64,000 nucleotides of DNA from an uncultured Collinsella sp. GTDB taxonomy: Bacteria > Actinomycetota > Coriobacteriia > Coriobacteriales > Coriobacteriaceae. A program made the translations under genes and the position numbers. The stretch's first letter is position 1; the number at the start of each line of letters is the position of its first letter. The notes beneath the pieces were generated by a model. It ran no database searches. It saw only the letters and a program-made list of their open reading frames with translations, and had not been told where the DNA came from. The stretch is taken from NCBI GenBank assembly GCA_900541675.1, contig UQKU01000007.1, positions 890 through 64,889 on the forward strand. The letters run 5' to 3'. Below, one piece after another: positions 1 to 9,332 of the stretch.

Positions 1-350
1 CTGTCGACCGCACGGGCACGGTGCCCGTAGCGGTTGTCGTACGCCTGCGCAGCGCCGAGGTCTATTTGGTCGAAGTCGACCGCATGGATCCGATTGTGCT
101 CGCACATGCGTGCTGGGAGATCGGCAACATGCATGCGCCGCTCTTCCGGGGTGACTCGGACGAGCATACCGTGCGCATGTATACGCCGGTGCAACCGGTT
201 TTGGGTCGTATGCTCCGGGGCATTGGGGGCGTTCGGCTCTCGGTGGTCGCACGCGAGCTCGATGCCAGTCGACGCTTTGCATCGAGCGCGGCGGATGTTG
301 TTGTGAGCATGGCTTCAGACTTTACGATCGTAAAAAAGACGCGCGGCTAA
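1..350 (+). CDS. ureE: Urease accessory protein UreE-like, C-terminal part (5' end outside window)
   Basis: AHACWEIGNMHAPLF resembles the UreE 'A.acyeiGNrH.P' motif. Confidence 0.65.
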   Translation, partial: VDRTGTVPVAVVVRLRSAEVYLVEVDRMDPIVLAHACWEIGNMHAPLFRGDSDEHTVRMYTPVQPVLGRMLRGIGGVRLSVVARELDASRRFASSAADVVVSMASDFTIVKKTRG

Positions 351-433
351 GCGCGCGTATGCGCAAGACGGGCTTTGAGGGATTGCCATTCAAAGTCCGT
401 CTTGCTGTTGATGAGAGGCTTTGGGGGAAGCAT

Positions 434-1231
434 ATGGGTCTTGAGGGAATCAAGCTGATCGCCTGCGATTTGGATGGCACGTTGCTGCATCCGGGGGAGC
501 GCGAGCCACGCCCTGAGGCATTTGAGCTCATTGATGAGCTGCATCGTCGCGGTATTGTGTTTATGCCGGCGAGCGGCCGTCAATATGCGAGCTTGCGCTA
601 TCTGTTTGCCCCGGTGGCCGATGAGCTCGCCTATGTATGCGAAAACGGAGCCCTGGTGATGAGCGAGGGGCATGCCGTTGTCAAGCGTTCCATGGAGCGT
701 AGCCTTGCTATGGATATCGCGAATGCCGTGGTCGCCTATCCCCATGCCGACGTAACCCTTTCGTGTGAGGGGCGCCTCTACACCATGAGCGGCAACGATG
801 CGTTCGTCGATCATTTGCGCTATGAGGTCCACTGCGATGTGGCGGTGGTCGACCGCCCCGAGGACATCGACGAGGACGTCATTAAGATTGCCTTCCAGAC
901 GCCCGAGGTGGATCAGCTGGCGGCCCTGGAGTATTTCGAGCGCCTCTTTAGCGACCGTGTTGACGTGATGACGTCGGGAACCGAATGGACGGACTTTATC
1001 GGTTTCGGTTCGGGCAAGGGCTCCGCGCTTGCCGATTACGGTCGTGCCCTGGGTATTTCGCCCGATGAGATGATGGCGTTTGGCGATAACGAAAACGATC
1101 GCGACATGCTCAACGCGGTGGGCCATCCTTATCTAATGGAGAGCTGCAATCCCAGCATGCGCGGCATCAATGACCGCGTCCGCTACGTGCGCACGGTCGA
1201 AGAAGAACTGCGTCGCCTGCTTGCTGAGTAG
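434..1231 (+). CDS. Cof-type HAD-IIB hydrolase
   Basis: IACDLDGTLL, ASGR, ENGA, KG, AFGDNEND motifs; ATG 434 follows a GGGGAAG RBS. Confidence 0.9.
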   Translation: MGLEGIKLIACDLDGTLLHPGEREPRPEAFELIDELHRRGIVFMPASGRQYASLRYLFAPVADELAYVCENGALVMSEGHAVVKRSMERSLAMDIANAVVAYPHADVTLSCEGRLYTMSGNDAFVDHLRYEVHCDVAVVDRPEDIDEDVIKIAFQTPEVDQLAALEYFERLFSDRVDVMTSGTEWTDFIGFGSGKGSALADYGRALGISPDEMMAFGDNENDRDMLNAVGHPYLMESCNPSMRGINDRVRYVRTVEEELRRLLAE

Positions 1232-1245
1232 GCATGTCCCAAAAT

Positions 1246-1626
1246 CTACCTACAGTTGGGGCAGAGGCCCTCGAAGATGGTGTAGTGCGACGTGACGTTC
1301 CAGCCGATTTGCTCGGACGCCTTTGCGTCGAGCTGGGCGTCGAAGGGGAGCGGCACATCGATGACGCGGCTGCACGAGGTGCAGATGATATGCGCATGCG
1401 GCTCGATCGTGCGATCGAAGCGGCTGCCGCCCGGCGTCTTGATTGAGAGGATCTCGCCGGCGTCGGCCAAGAGATTGAGGTTGCGGTAGACCGTACCGCG
1501 GCTGATTTTGTCATCCTGCGCGCGCACGACGTTGTAGATTTCGTCAGCGGTGGGATGGTTATAGCTTTGGCGCACGGCGTCAAGAACCAGCTTTCGCTGC
1601 CTGGTATTCCTTCTTTGCACCGCCAT
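1246..1626 (-). CDS. Fur/PerR family transcriptional regulator
   Basis: HPTADEIY, ISRGTVYRNL, HAHIICTSC and CPNC zinc motifs. Confidence 0.92.
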   Translation of the reverse strand: MAVQRRNTRQRKLVLDAVRQSYNHPTADEIYNVVRAQDDKISRGTVYRNLNLLADAGEILSIKTPGGSRFDRTIEPHAHIICTSCSRVIDVPLPFDAQLDAKASEQIGWNVTSHYTIFEGLCPNCR

Positions 1627-1687
1627 GCGCCTCGCCTCTTTTCTATTAACGGTCGTAGGTAAATGATACCTTATTTAGCACACAATA

Positions 1688-2098
1688 CTAATAATGAGGA
1701 CTGAAGCCGTCTTCATTGGTAAGTGGGGCTCGGACCTGGGCGTCTATGAGGCGAAAACGCGTTCCCATGCGCTCGTAGGAGGCATGAAGCGCCTCGAGAT
1801 GAGATAGGATGTTTGCCGGAGCTCCCTGTATCTCCATCTCGACTGAGCCGTCTTCCATGTTACGCACCCAGCCGGTGAGTGCGCGTGCCTGCGCGAGGTT
1901 GGTGTTGGTAAAGCGAAAACCAACGCCTTGGACTTGCCCCGCCCAGCGCAGGAAATAGCGCAGGGGAGTGTCTTGAGTGGCCTCGTCGCTTGCGAGTACG
2001 GTAAGCCTGCGGCGCAGCTCGAACTCGACGTTTGATGGTTTTTGAGGCTCTCGACTGCCGCCGGTGACGCTGGAGAAGAACGTATCGAAGAGGCCCAT
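1688..2098 (-). CDS. acyP: Acylphosphatase with N-terminal extension
   Basis: GQVQGVGFR and LTGWVRNMEDGSVE signatures. Confidence 0.85.
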   Translation of the reverse strand: MGLFDTFFSSVTGGSREPQKPSNVEFELRRRLTVLASDEATQDTPLRYFLRWAGQVQGVGFRFTNTNLAQARALTGWVRNMEDGSVEMEIQGAPANILSHLEALHASYERMGTRFRLIDAQVRAPLTNEDGFSPHY

Positions 2099-2100
2099 CG

Positions 2101-3207
2101 CTATGCCTGCTTGACTGAATCGGCGGGGAAGGTAATGCCGGCCTGCTGACGCACGGCATCCATGATGCGCAGCGAGACGAGCGTGACATCGCGGTAGTGG
2201 CCGAGATCATGGCGTCCCGCCGGGGTCTCCCAGATCTCTTCCTTAACGTTATCGATGCCTCCGATGGCGGTGATAAAGTCTGCGAGTTCGTATTCCATGG
2301 TGTTGCTTGACTTGGGAAGGTCGAGCGCGCGGCCGTTGTCGTCCTGTTCGCGCGGCGCCTCGGTCGCCGAGCCGCGTTCGACGTCGCCGCGATAGTCGAT
2401 GCGGACGTTGCGGGGCGTGGACAGATGGTCGATCTGGATAGTGCCACGCTCGCCTTCGATCTGCGAGGGCAGCAGGTCATTCGTAATTTTGGAGTGCGCG
2501 AGCTCGACGGAGATACGGCCACCGCCATAGCTGGCGAGAATGGAACCGCAACCGTCGATGGGGCCATGGGTGAGCTCTTGCGTTGAGGGGTCGAGCAGCG
2601 TGGCCATGCTGGTGAGACCGGAGGGCATGCCGAAGATCTCGACCATGGGCTCGACGGTATAGACGCCGATGTCCATGAGGGAACCCGAGGCCATGTGGCA
2701 GTCGAAGATATTGGTGGCGCGTCCAGCGAGGATTTCGTTGTAGCGTGAGGAATACTTGCCAAAGCGCAATGAGGCGCGGCGGATGGGAGCGATCTCGCCC
2801 AGGGCGTCCTCGACGACGTGGAAAGCGGGGTCATGGAGCGGGCGCATGGCCTCGAGAGCCACGACGCCTGCTGCCTCGGCAGCGCGAAAGACCTCGAGTG
2901 CCTGCGCCTCGGTGGCGCAGAAGGGCTTCTCGACGATAACGTGCTTGCCGCCGGCGATGCAGGCGAGCGCCTGCTCGTGATGGAGTGCATTGGGGCTGCC
3001 GATATAGACGGCGTCGACGTCGTCGGCGGACGCAAGCTCGTCAAGCGCGGTGAAGTTGCGTTCGCCGCTGTGTTCGGCGGTAAAGGCGGCGCCGCGATCT
3101 GCATCGCGCGAGAGCGTGCCTACGAATGTAGTCTGGTCGTTGGCGTTGACGACCTGGATAAAGTCGTCGGTAATCATGGATGTGCCGATGGTCGCTATAC
3201 GCAGCAT
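2101..3207 (-). CDS. Gfo/Idh/MocA family oxidoreductase
   Basis: IATIGTSMI, DAVYIGSPNALH, KHVIVEKP, GSLMDIGVY. Confidence 0.9.
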   Translation of the reverse strand: MLRIATIGTSMITDDFIQVVNANDQTTFVGTLSRDADRGAAFTAEHSGERNFTALDELASADDVDAVYIGSPNALHHEQALACIAGGKHVIVEKPFCATEAQALEVFRAAEAAGVVALEAMRPLHDPAFHVVEDALGEIAPIRRASLRFGKYSSRYNEILAGRATNIFDCHMASGSLMDIGVYTVEPMVEIFGMPSGLTSMATLLDPSTQELTHGPIDGCGSILASYGGGRISVELAHSKITNDLLPSQIEGERGTIQIDHLSTPRNVRIDYRGDVERGSATEAPREQDDNGRALDLPKSSNTMEYELADFITAIGGIDNVKEEIWETPAGRHDLGHYRDVTLVSLRIMDAVRQQAGITFPADSVKQA

Positions 3208-3282
3208 GTGTCCCCCTCGTGCCGTTCGGTTTACAGGATGAGTGTAGCGCGAGGGGGCAGGAAATAGCGTGCGAAAACGCCG

Positions 3283-3819
3283 CTACAGGTCGCTTTCGCT
3301 AAAGCCGGTGTCGATATCGAGATTGGCTCCGTCGGCCGCGGTGGTGGCGAGTTCGTCGCAGCGCTCATTGAGCTCGTGGCCGGCATGCCCCTTAACCCAG
3401 ATGAATTCCACCTTATGCTTACTCTTTGCGGCAAGCAGGCGCTCCCATAGGTCGCGGTTTTTGACGGGCTGCTTGTTGGCGGTTTTCCATCCGCGCTTTT
3501 TCCAGCCGTCGATCCAGTGCTTGTTAAAGGCGTTGACGACGTATTGCGAATCGGAATGGACCTCGACCTCGCAGGGGCGGTTGAGTGCCTCGAGCGCCAC
3601 GATGACCGCCATGAGCTCCATGCGGTTGTTGGTGGTCTTGGCGTAGCCGCGCGAAAGCTCGGAGGTGAAGGTCTTGCCGGCGGGGTTGGTGTATTTGAGT
3701 ACGGCGCCGTAGCCGCCGCGTCCCGGATTTGATCGGGCAGAGCCGTCGGTATAGATGATGACCTTCACGGGCTTCCTTTCGTTGGGTACGTTTCGTGTGA
3801 GTGACCATTGTAGCGCCAT
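3283..3819 (-). CDS. rnhA: Ribonuclease HI
   Basis: [34 protein letters not shown]; exact start uncertain. Confidence 0.95.
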   Translation of the reverse strand: MALQWSLTRNVPNERKPVKVIIYTDGSARSNPGRGGYGAVLKYTNPAGKTFTSELSRGYAKTTNNRMELMAVIVALEALNRPCEVEVHSDSQYVVNAFNKHWIDGWKKRGWKTANKQPVKNRDLWERLLAAKSKHKVEFIWVKGHAGHELNERCDELATTAADGANLDIDTGFSESDL

Positions 3820-3831
3820 GCCCGCCGCGGG

Positions 3832-4770
3832 CTAGCAATCTACGATTTCTACCCCGTCTTCCGACAGCTGGTCGGCATGGATGATGCGGTTGAGCTCGTC
3901 GAGGTATTGCCGCAAGAGAGGAGAGGGCTTGCGCTCGTCGTGCATGATATATCCTACGTGCATCGTTGGGGCGTCTGCTAACGGGATCGATGCCATACCC
4001 CATTGCATTTCATTGGAGAGGACACCGGTCGACAGGGTGTAGCCGTTCGACGTGATAAGTAAGTTGGTAAGTGTTCCGCGGTCCGAGATTCGTATGTTGC
4101 GGTCGCAAGGGATATAGCTAAAAGGTTCCTCGGCGTAATAGAAGGAGTTTGAGGTTCCCTGCTCAAAGCTGTAGCGCGTATAGGGTGTAAGGTCGGCAAG
4201 GGACAGCTGCGGGCGGCGTGCGAGCGGGTGGCGCTCGCTAACGAAGACGTGGACCGTCGCGTCGAAGAGGGGATGGAAGCTTGCGCGGGCATCGGCGAAG
4301 GCCCTCTGCAGGACGCGGGCGTTAAAGTCATCCAGATACAGAATGCCGATATCGCTGCGAAATGCGCGGACGTCATCGATGATCTGCGAGGTGGTGGTCT
4401 CGCGCATGATGAACTCAAACTTACTGTCGCGGCAGCGCTCGACGACGTTGACAAAGGCCTCGACCGAAAAAGCGTAGTGCTGGGCCGAGACGGCAAGGCG
4501 CGCCTGGGGTGTGCCGCCGTCCTCGTAGCGTGCCTCGAGCATGTCGGCCTGCTCTACGACCTGGCGCGCATAGCCCAATAGCTCGGTGCCGTCGTTGGTG
4601 AGCGTGACGCCGCGGCTGGAGCGCGTAAAGATCTCCAGATGGAGCTCCTGTTCCAGGCTTTTGACGGCGTTTGAGATGTTGGACTGTGCCGTATAAAGGC
4701 GCTGGGCTGCGGCGTTGATCGATCCGGACTCTGCCACGGCGATCAAAAAACGAAGTTGCTGGAGGGTCAT
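3832..4770 (-). CDS. LysR family regulator, MtaR/CmbR-like (sulfur amino acids)
   Basis: LysR HTH (MTLQQLRFLIAVAESGSINAAAQRL), SAQHYAF motif; divergent from metY. Confidence 0.88.
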   Translation of the reverse strand: MTLQQLRFLIAVAESGSINAAAQRLYTAQSNISNAVKSLEQELHLEIFTRSSRGVTLTNDGTELLGYARQVVEQADMLEARYEDGGTPQARLAVSAQHYAFSVEAFVNVVERCRDSKFEFIMRETTTSQIIDDVRAFRSDIGILYLDDFNARVLQRAFADARASFHPLFDATVHVFVSERHPLARRPQLSLADLTPYTRYSFEQGTSNSFYYAEEPFSYIPCDRNIRISDRGTLTNLLITSNGYTLSTGVLSNEMQWGMASIPLADAPTMHVGYIMHDERKPSPLLRQYLDELNRIIHADQLSEDGVEIVDC

Positions 4771-4792
4771 TGACGTCCATCCTCTCGATTGC

Positions 4793-4809
4793 TATCTAAA
4801 AAACCGATA
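4793..4809. promoter_or_regulatory. Putative LysR (MtaR/CmbR-type) binding site
   Basis: TATCTAAAAAACCGATA: TATC-N9-GATA dyad between lysR and metY. Confidence 0.55.
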
Positions 4810-4928
4810 ACAAGTTAGCGCTTTTAAGTGATTGACCGAGCAAAACAATGCTCGTACTATTCAAAACACACAAAGGCGGTAGGTAATTAAGCCGACCACG
4901 GAACCGGGATGCGAAAGGAGGCCCGCAT

Positions 4929-4982
4929 ATGAATTGCTTACCAAGACGAATGCCGGGCTCCTGTTTGCGCCCGTCGGCGTGA
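4929..4982 (+). CDS. Putative leader peptide MNCLPRRMPGSCLRPSA
   Basis: Strong AAAGGAGG RBS upstream; 17 codons including 2 Met and 2 Cys; ends about 60 nt before metY. Confidence 0.45.
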   Translation: MNCLPRRMPGSCLRPSA

Positions 4983-5043
4983 TCAGGAGACAGCGACTTA
5001 CTTCTCTTACTCTTATTACTTTTGTTCGATCGAGGAGATCATC

Positions 5044-6354
5044 ATGAGCCAGTTTATCAACAACCCCGAGCACACCTTTGGTTTCGATACCCTGCAGCTG
5101 CACGTTGGCCAGGAGAGCGCCGATCCTGCATCCGACTCCCGTGCTGTGCCTATCTATCAAACCACGAGCTATGTGTTTCGCAACTCCCAGCACGCCGCCG
5201 ACCGCTTTGGTCTTGCCGACGCCGGTAACATCTACGGCCGTCTGACCAACTCCACCCAGGGCGTCTTCGAGGACCGTATCGCCGCGCTCGAGGGTGGCGT
5301 GGCCGGTCTTGCCGTCGCCTCCGGTGCCGCTGCCATCACCTATACCCTGCAGGCACTTGCCCAGGCTGGTGACCACGTGGTCGCCCAGAAGACCATCTAC
5401 GGCGGTTCCTACAACCTGCTGGAGCACACGCTCTCCCAGTTTGGTGTCGAGACCACCTTCGTCGATGCCCATAACCTGGACGAGGTCGAGGGCGCCATCA
5501 AGGACAACACCACGGTCATCTATCTCGAGACGCTCGGTAACCCCAACTCCGACATCCCCAACATCGACGCCATCTCCGAGATCGCCAAGAAGCATGGCCT
5601 GCCGGTTGTCGTCGACAACACCTTCGGCACCCCGTATCTGTTCCGTCCGCTGGAGCATGGTGCCAACATCGTCGTCCACTCCGCAACCAAGTTTATCGGC
5701 GGCCACGGCACCTCGCTGGGCGGTGTGATCGTCGACGGCGGTAACTTCGATTGGAAGGCGAGTGGCAAGTACGCCCAGATCGCTGAGCCCAACCCCTCCT
5801 ACCACGGTGTTTCTTTTGCCGAGGCTGCCGGTCCCGCCGCCTTTGCAACCTATGTCCGCGCTATCCTGCTGCGTGACGAGGGCGCCTGCATCAGCCCGTT
5901 CAACGCCTGGGTCCTGCTCCAGGGCACCGAGACTCTGTCGCTGCGCGTTGACCGTCATGTCGAGAACACCAAGAAGGTCGTTGAGTTCCTGACCGGTGAC
6001 AGCCACGTCGCCAAGGTGAACCACCCGAGCCTGCCCGAGCATCCCGACCATGAGCTGTACCAGAAGTACTTCCCCAACGGCGGTGCCTCGATCTTTACCT
6101 TTGAGGTTAAGGGTGGCCAGGAGGCAGCTTGGAAGTTCATCGATCATCTGCAGGTGTTCTCGCTGCTCGCCAACGTGGCCGACGTCAAGTCGCTCGTCGT
6201 GCACCCGGCTACCACCACGCACTCCCAGCTCTCTGCCGAGGAGCTCGCCGAGCAGAACATCACGCCCTCCACGATCCGTCTTTCCATCGGTACCGAGAAC
6301 GCCGAGGACATCATTTGGGATCTGAAGCAGGCCTTCGCCGCGCTGGACGAGTAA
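5044..6354 (+). CDS. metY: O-acetylhomoserine aminocarboxypropyltransferase / cysteine synthase
   Basis: AVPIYQTTSY, HSATKFIGGHG (PLP lysine), LANVADVKSLVVHPATTTHSQL. Confidence 0.95.
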   Translation: MSQFINNPEHTFGFDTLQLHVGQESADPASDSRAVPIYQTTSYVFRNSQHAADRFGLADAGNIYGRLTNSTQGVFEDRIAALEGGVAGLAVASGAAAITYTLQALAQAGDHVVAQKTIYGGSYNLLEHTLSQFGVETTFVDAHNLDEVEGAIKDNTTVIYLETLGNPNSDIPNIDAISEIAKKHGLPVVVDNTFGTPYLFRPLEHGANIVVHSATKFIGGHGTSLGGVIVDGGNFDWKASGKYAQIAEPNPSYHGVSFAEAAGPAAFATYVRAILLRDEGACISPFNAWVLLQGTETLSLRVDRHVENTKKVVEFLTGDSHVAKVNHPSLPEHPDHELYQKYFPNGGASIFTFEVKGGQEAAWKFIDHLQVFSLLANVADVKSLVVHPATTTHSQLSAEELAEQNITPSTIRLSIGTENAEDIIWDLKQAFAALDE

Positions 6355-6414
6355 GGCGACTTGTGCAAGGACCCCTTGCGACTCGATGGTATAACTGCAT
6401 TAAATGCCTGCTCA

Positions 6415-6454
6415 AGGCGCCTGTGCGAACAATGGTCGCACCGGCGCCTTTTTT
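6415..6454 (+). terminator. Intrinsic terminator after metY
   Basis: AAGGCGCC...GGCGCCTT stem followed by a T run. Confidence 0.65.
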
Positions 6455-6665
6455 GCATAGAGAGGGTGCAAAAACAGGGTTTTTGGCACGCTTTATGCAT
6501 TCGAGTTGTGGAAAACTCCTGTTGAGAGGATGTGAGTTTTACGCAATTGACGTGCACCTTTTGAGTAAAACCGCAGGTCGCGATTTGCTCGGGGTACTAT
6601 GCAGCGCGATCGAATCACACACAGCTCAAACGCAGCAAAAACGCACTACGGAGGTTTCCAGCTAC

Positions 6666-7442
6666 ATGAGGATTGATTCACGAAAACCGAAAGCCGCCGC
6701 CCTTTCCGCCGCTCTGACCGTGGCACTTTTGACGGGCGCCGGCGCAACTGATGTCCACGCGGCAACACTATCCGATACGGTCGGATCCACGCCGTCCGAG
6801 GCGACGCTGATGCAGCCCGTCGACTATCGCGGCGACGGCTTTGGCTCCATGCAGGAGTGGAACGCCTCTATGGGGGCCAAGCGCGATTCCCTAGAGGTTC
6901 GCGCCCAGATCATCATGAACATGTACGGTGACTATGCCACCGATGACGAGCGCGCTGTACTGCAAGGTTGTATCGATGGTGCGGGCAGTCTTTTGACGAT
7001 GGAGGAGGTCGACGCGAAGTCGACCGAGCTCGATGAGCTGCGCACGACGCTTGAGGATGCCAAGCGTGAGGCGCTCGAGGTTGCGGCCGCCGAAGCCGAG
7101 GCCGCTGAGGCCGTTCAGGCTTTGTATTACAACGCCGGCTCCGGCTCGTCTTACGCGTCTGCTGCGTATTACGCGAACGGCTCGGGCCTGACGCGCTCGA
7201 GCGGCGTCAATAACTATAACGGTCGTCGTGAGACCTATTACAGCAGCAACGTGCTCTACCATCACCGCACGGGCGAGTGGACTCAGGATTCCGAGGGCTT
7301 TTGGCGCGATTCCGATGGTTACTACGTCGTTGCCGCGGGCGATAAGGCTCAGGGCTCCACGTTTACCGGTTCCAAGGGCGAGTGCAAGGTCTATGACTCC
7401 GGCTGCGCAGCCGGAACCACCGACTACTACACTGGCTGGTAA
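6666..7442 (+). CDS. Secreted protein: coiled-coil stalk plus C-terminal 3D-like (putative cell-wall lytic) domain
   Basis: Signal peptide ending VHA, Ala/Glu-rich helix, C-terminal ETYYS...DGYYVVAA...KVYDSGC...DYYT; GGAGG RBS. Confidence 0.6.
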   Translation: MRIDSRKPKAAALSAALTVALLTGAGATDVHAATLSDTVGSTPSEATLMQPVDYRGDGFGSMQEWNASMGAKRDSLEVRAQIIMNMYGDYATDDERAVLQGCIDGAGSLLTMEEVDAKSTELDELRTTLEDAKREALEVAAAEAEAAEAVQALYYNAGSGSSYASAAYYANGSGLTRSSGVNNYNGRRETYYSSNVLYHHRTGEWTQDSEGFWRDSDGYYVVAAGDKAQGSTFTGSKGECKVYDSGCAAGTTDYYTGW

Positions 7443-7628
7443 TTTTTCTGCATCACGAATATTTGGCGGACGGGCGTCTTTACCGAGCTTTAGGGCAACG
7501 TAAGGGCGCCCGTTCTATGTATGCATTTGAGTTAACAGAGCGCTTACCGTGGCAGTACGCCGCGCATATGGGCGCGGGGCACACTAAGTCACGAGAAACA
7601 AAGTCTTTCTCGTGGAGGAAGTGGTTCC

Positions 7629-7847
7629 ATGAACGCTCGAGATGTCGCTATTGCCGTCGTTGCCCTTTTGATCGGATGCCTTGGTCCGACGGCGGCGTTA
7701 ACTGCCGGCTTGCAGTCCGCTACGGGCGCCGCTCCTGTGATTGTGGGCGCCTTGATTGCAGCGGCGTTGCTGGGAAGCGCCGGCGTGCTACTTTGCCGCG
7801 ATGACGAGGACGAGGTTCCGGAATCGCAAAATAAGCCTCAGTTTTAG
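7629..7847 (+). CDS. Small membrane protein (2 TM)
   Basis: GGAGG RBS, two hydrophobic segments, acidic tail. Confidence 0.65.
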   Translation: MNARDVAIAVVALLIGCLGPTAALTAGLQSATGAAPVIVGALIAAALLGSAGVLLCRDDEDEVPESQNKPQF

Positions 7848-7938
7848 CCTCGAGCTAAATGCAACAGGCCTTCGCGAATGACGGAATCCTCGCGAAGGCC
7901 TGTCTGCTTGTATTGCGCACGTCGCGATGCGGCCGAGG

Positions 7939-8862
7939 CTACCAGCTGCTTTCTATTTCGCGAATCCTCTGGTAGAGCCAATCGTTTTGCGGCACTTGGA
8001 TATCGTGTTTGGCGGCCAGGCGGCAAATGGTGCCCGCGAACTCCTCGACTTCGGTCTTTCGTTGTGCGATGCGGTCCTGCGCCATCGAGGGCATACCGGT
8101 GGGGTCGATTCCCTCGATGAGGTGCACCATCTGCGTCAGGTCTGCCTCGGTCAGCTCAATGCCCTCGGCATTGGCGACCGCAAGTGTCTCTCGCATGGCG
8201 GAGACAAAGCAGCGGCGCTGCTCGGAGCCGGCCTCTGTGGCGCTTCCATACGTTCCGCCGTAGGCCATGCACGTCTGGTTGATACCATCGTTGAGCATGA
8301 GTTTGGCCCACATGCGGTGCGCAATGTCGCTCTCGGCGGTATGGGCGATGCCGCAGCGTGTGTAGAGCTCGTCGATGGCGGTGACGGTTGCGGGCTCGGT
8401 GCCTGCTGCCGCGCCAAAGCGAATCTCGCCCGCATTGGTAAAGGTGAGCGCGCCGTCGAGGAACACGGCATCCATGCCCTGGCAAATACCAAGAACGGTA
8501 TGCTTCCAGCCAAAGCGCTCGGCAATCTTCTGCTCGCTCGTAATGCCGTTGCACAGCGAGGCGATGAGCGTGTTGGGCCCCACGACGCGCTCCATAGTCT
8601 TGAGTGCTTGGTTGAGTCCCGTCGTCTTGACCGTGAGAATGACAAGATCGGCGGGCGTTGCCTCACTGACGCGCACGGACTTGAGTGCGCAGGGCTCGCC
8701 GTTGACCGTAAGGGCGTCGCCTGCGTGACGCTCGAAACGGGCGTCATCCATAACGTATTCGACGGCGTCATTGCCGAGGGCCGTGGCAATCATGCTACCG
8801 TAGAGCAGGCCGACGCCGCCCTTGCCGATAAAGGCGACCTTGTTGATCTGCATGTGAATCAT
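7939..8862 (-). CDS. panE: Ketopantoate reductase family protein
   Basis: FIGKGGVG, ILTVKT, SLCNG, MWAKLMLN, PSMAQD...RKTEVE. Confidence 0.85.
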   Translation of the reverse strand: MIHMQINKVAFIGKGGVGLLYGSMIATALGNDAVEYVMDDARFERHAGDALTVNGEPCALKSVRVSEATPADLVILTVKTTGLNQALKTMERVVGPNTLIASLCNGITSEQKIAERFGWKHTVLGICQGMDAVFLDGALTFTNAGEIRFGAAAGTEPATVTAIDELYTRCGIAHTAESDIAHRMWAKLMLNDGINQTCMAYGGTYGSATEAGSEQRRCFVSAMRETLAVANAEGIELTEADLTQMVHLIEGIDPTGMPSMAQDRIAQRKTEVEEFAGTICRLAAKHDIQVPQNDWLYQRIREIESSW

Positions 8863-8975
8863 CTCCCCATATAAAAGGCGCCCGCGTAAGGGGCGCCTGA
8901 TGGATTGTATGCTGCCAGGGTGATTGGTGGATGCGCGGGACTGCTGTTACGAAAAAGAACTATTGCACTGTGCGC

Positions 8976-9170
8976 TTATGCCGCGGGACAGACCGCAAAA
9001 ACGCGCACAGGATATCCAACGCCATCGCGCACCTTGGGGAAGGTGCAGATGATGCCTGCGCCCGTGGCGGGAAGCTCGTCCAGATGGTTCATGACCTCGA
9101 TCTGGTAGCGGTCGACCGAGAGGATGTATTGCTCGCCGGGATAGGGGTAGGCGTCCTCACGCGTGACCAC
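8976..9170 (-). pseudogene. C-terminal fragment of a cyclase (kynurenine formamidase-like) family protein
   Basis: RYQIEVMNHLDELPATGAGIICTFPKVRDGVGYPVRVFA matches the cyclase C-terminus; N-terminal metal motif absent. Confidence 0.7.
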
Positions 9171-9332
9171 GCTCGCCTCCTTTCATCGGGCTTTTTGCTG
9201 ATGTTAAAGCGGTGCCGTGACGGCCTGATTTCTGCTGCGTTACGATACGTTCTCGATTGCGATTCCGATGTGCTTCGATGACGTGACAGGTTTGTTTCGC
9301 CTTATCAGGGCTTCGATGGGGGAGGAGGGGCC

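Noticed and set aside
6129..6665. N-terminal extension of the 437-aa ORF
   Set aside because: It overlaps metY and its terminator; RBS and signal peptide point to ATG 6666.
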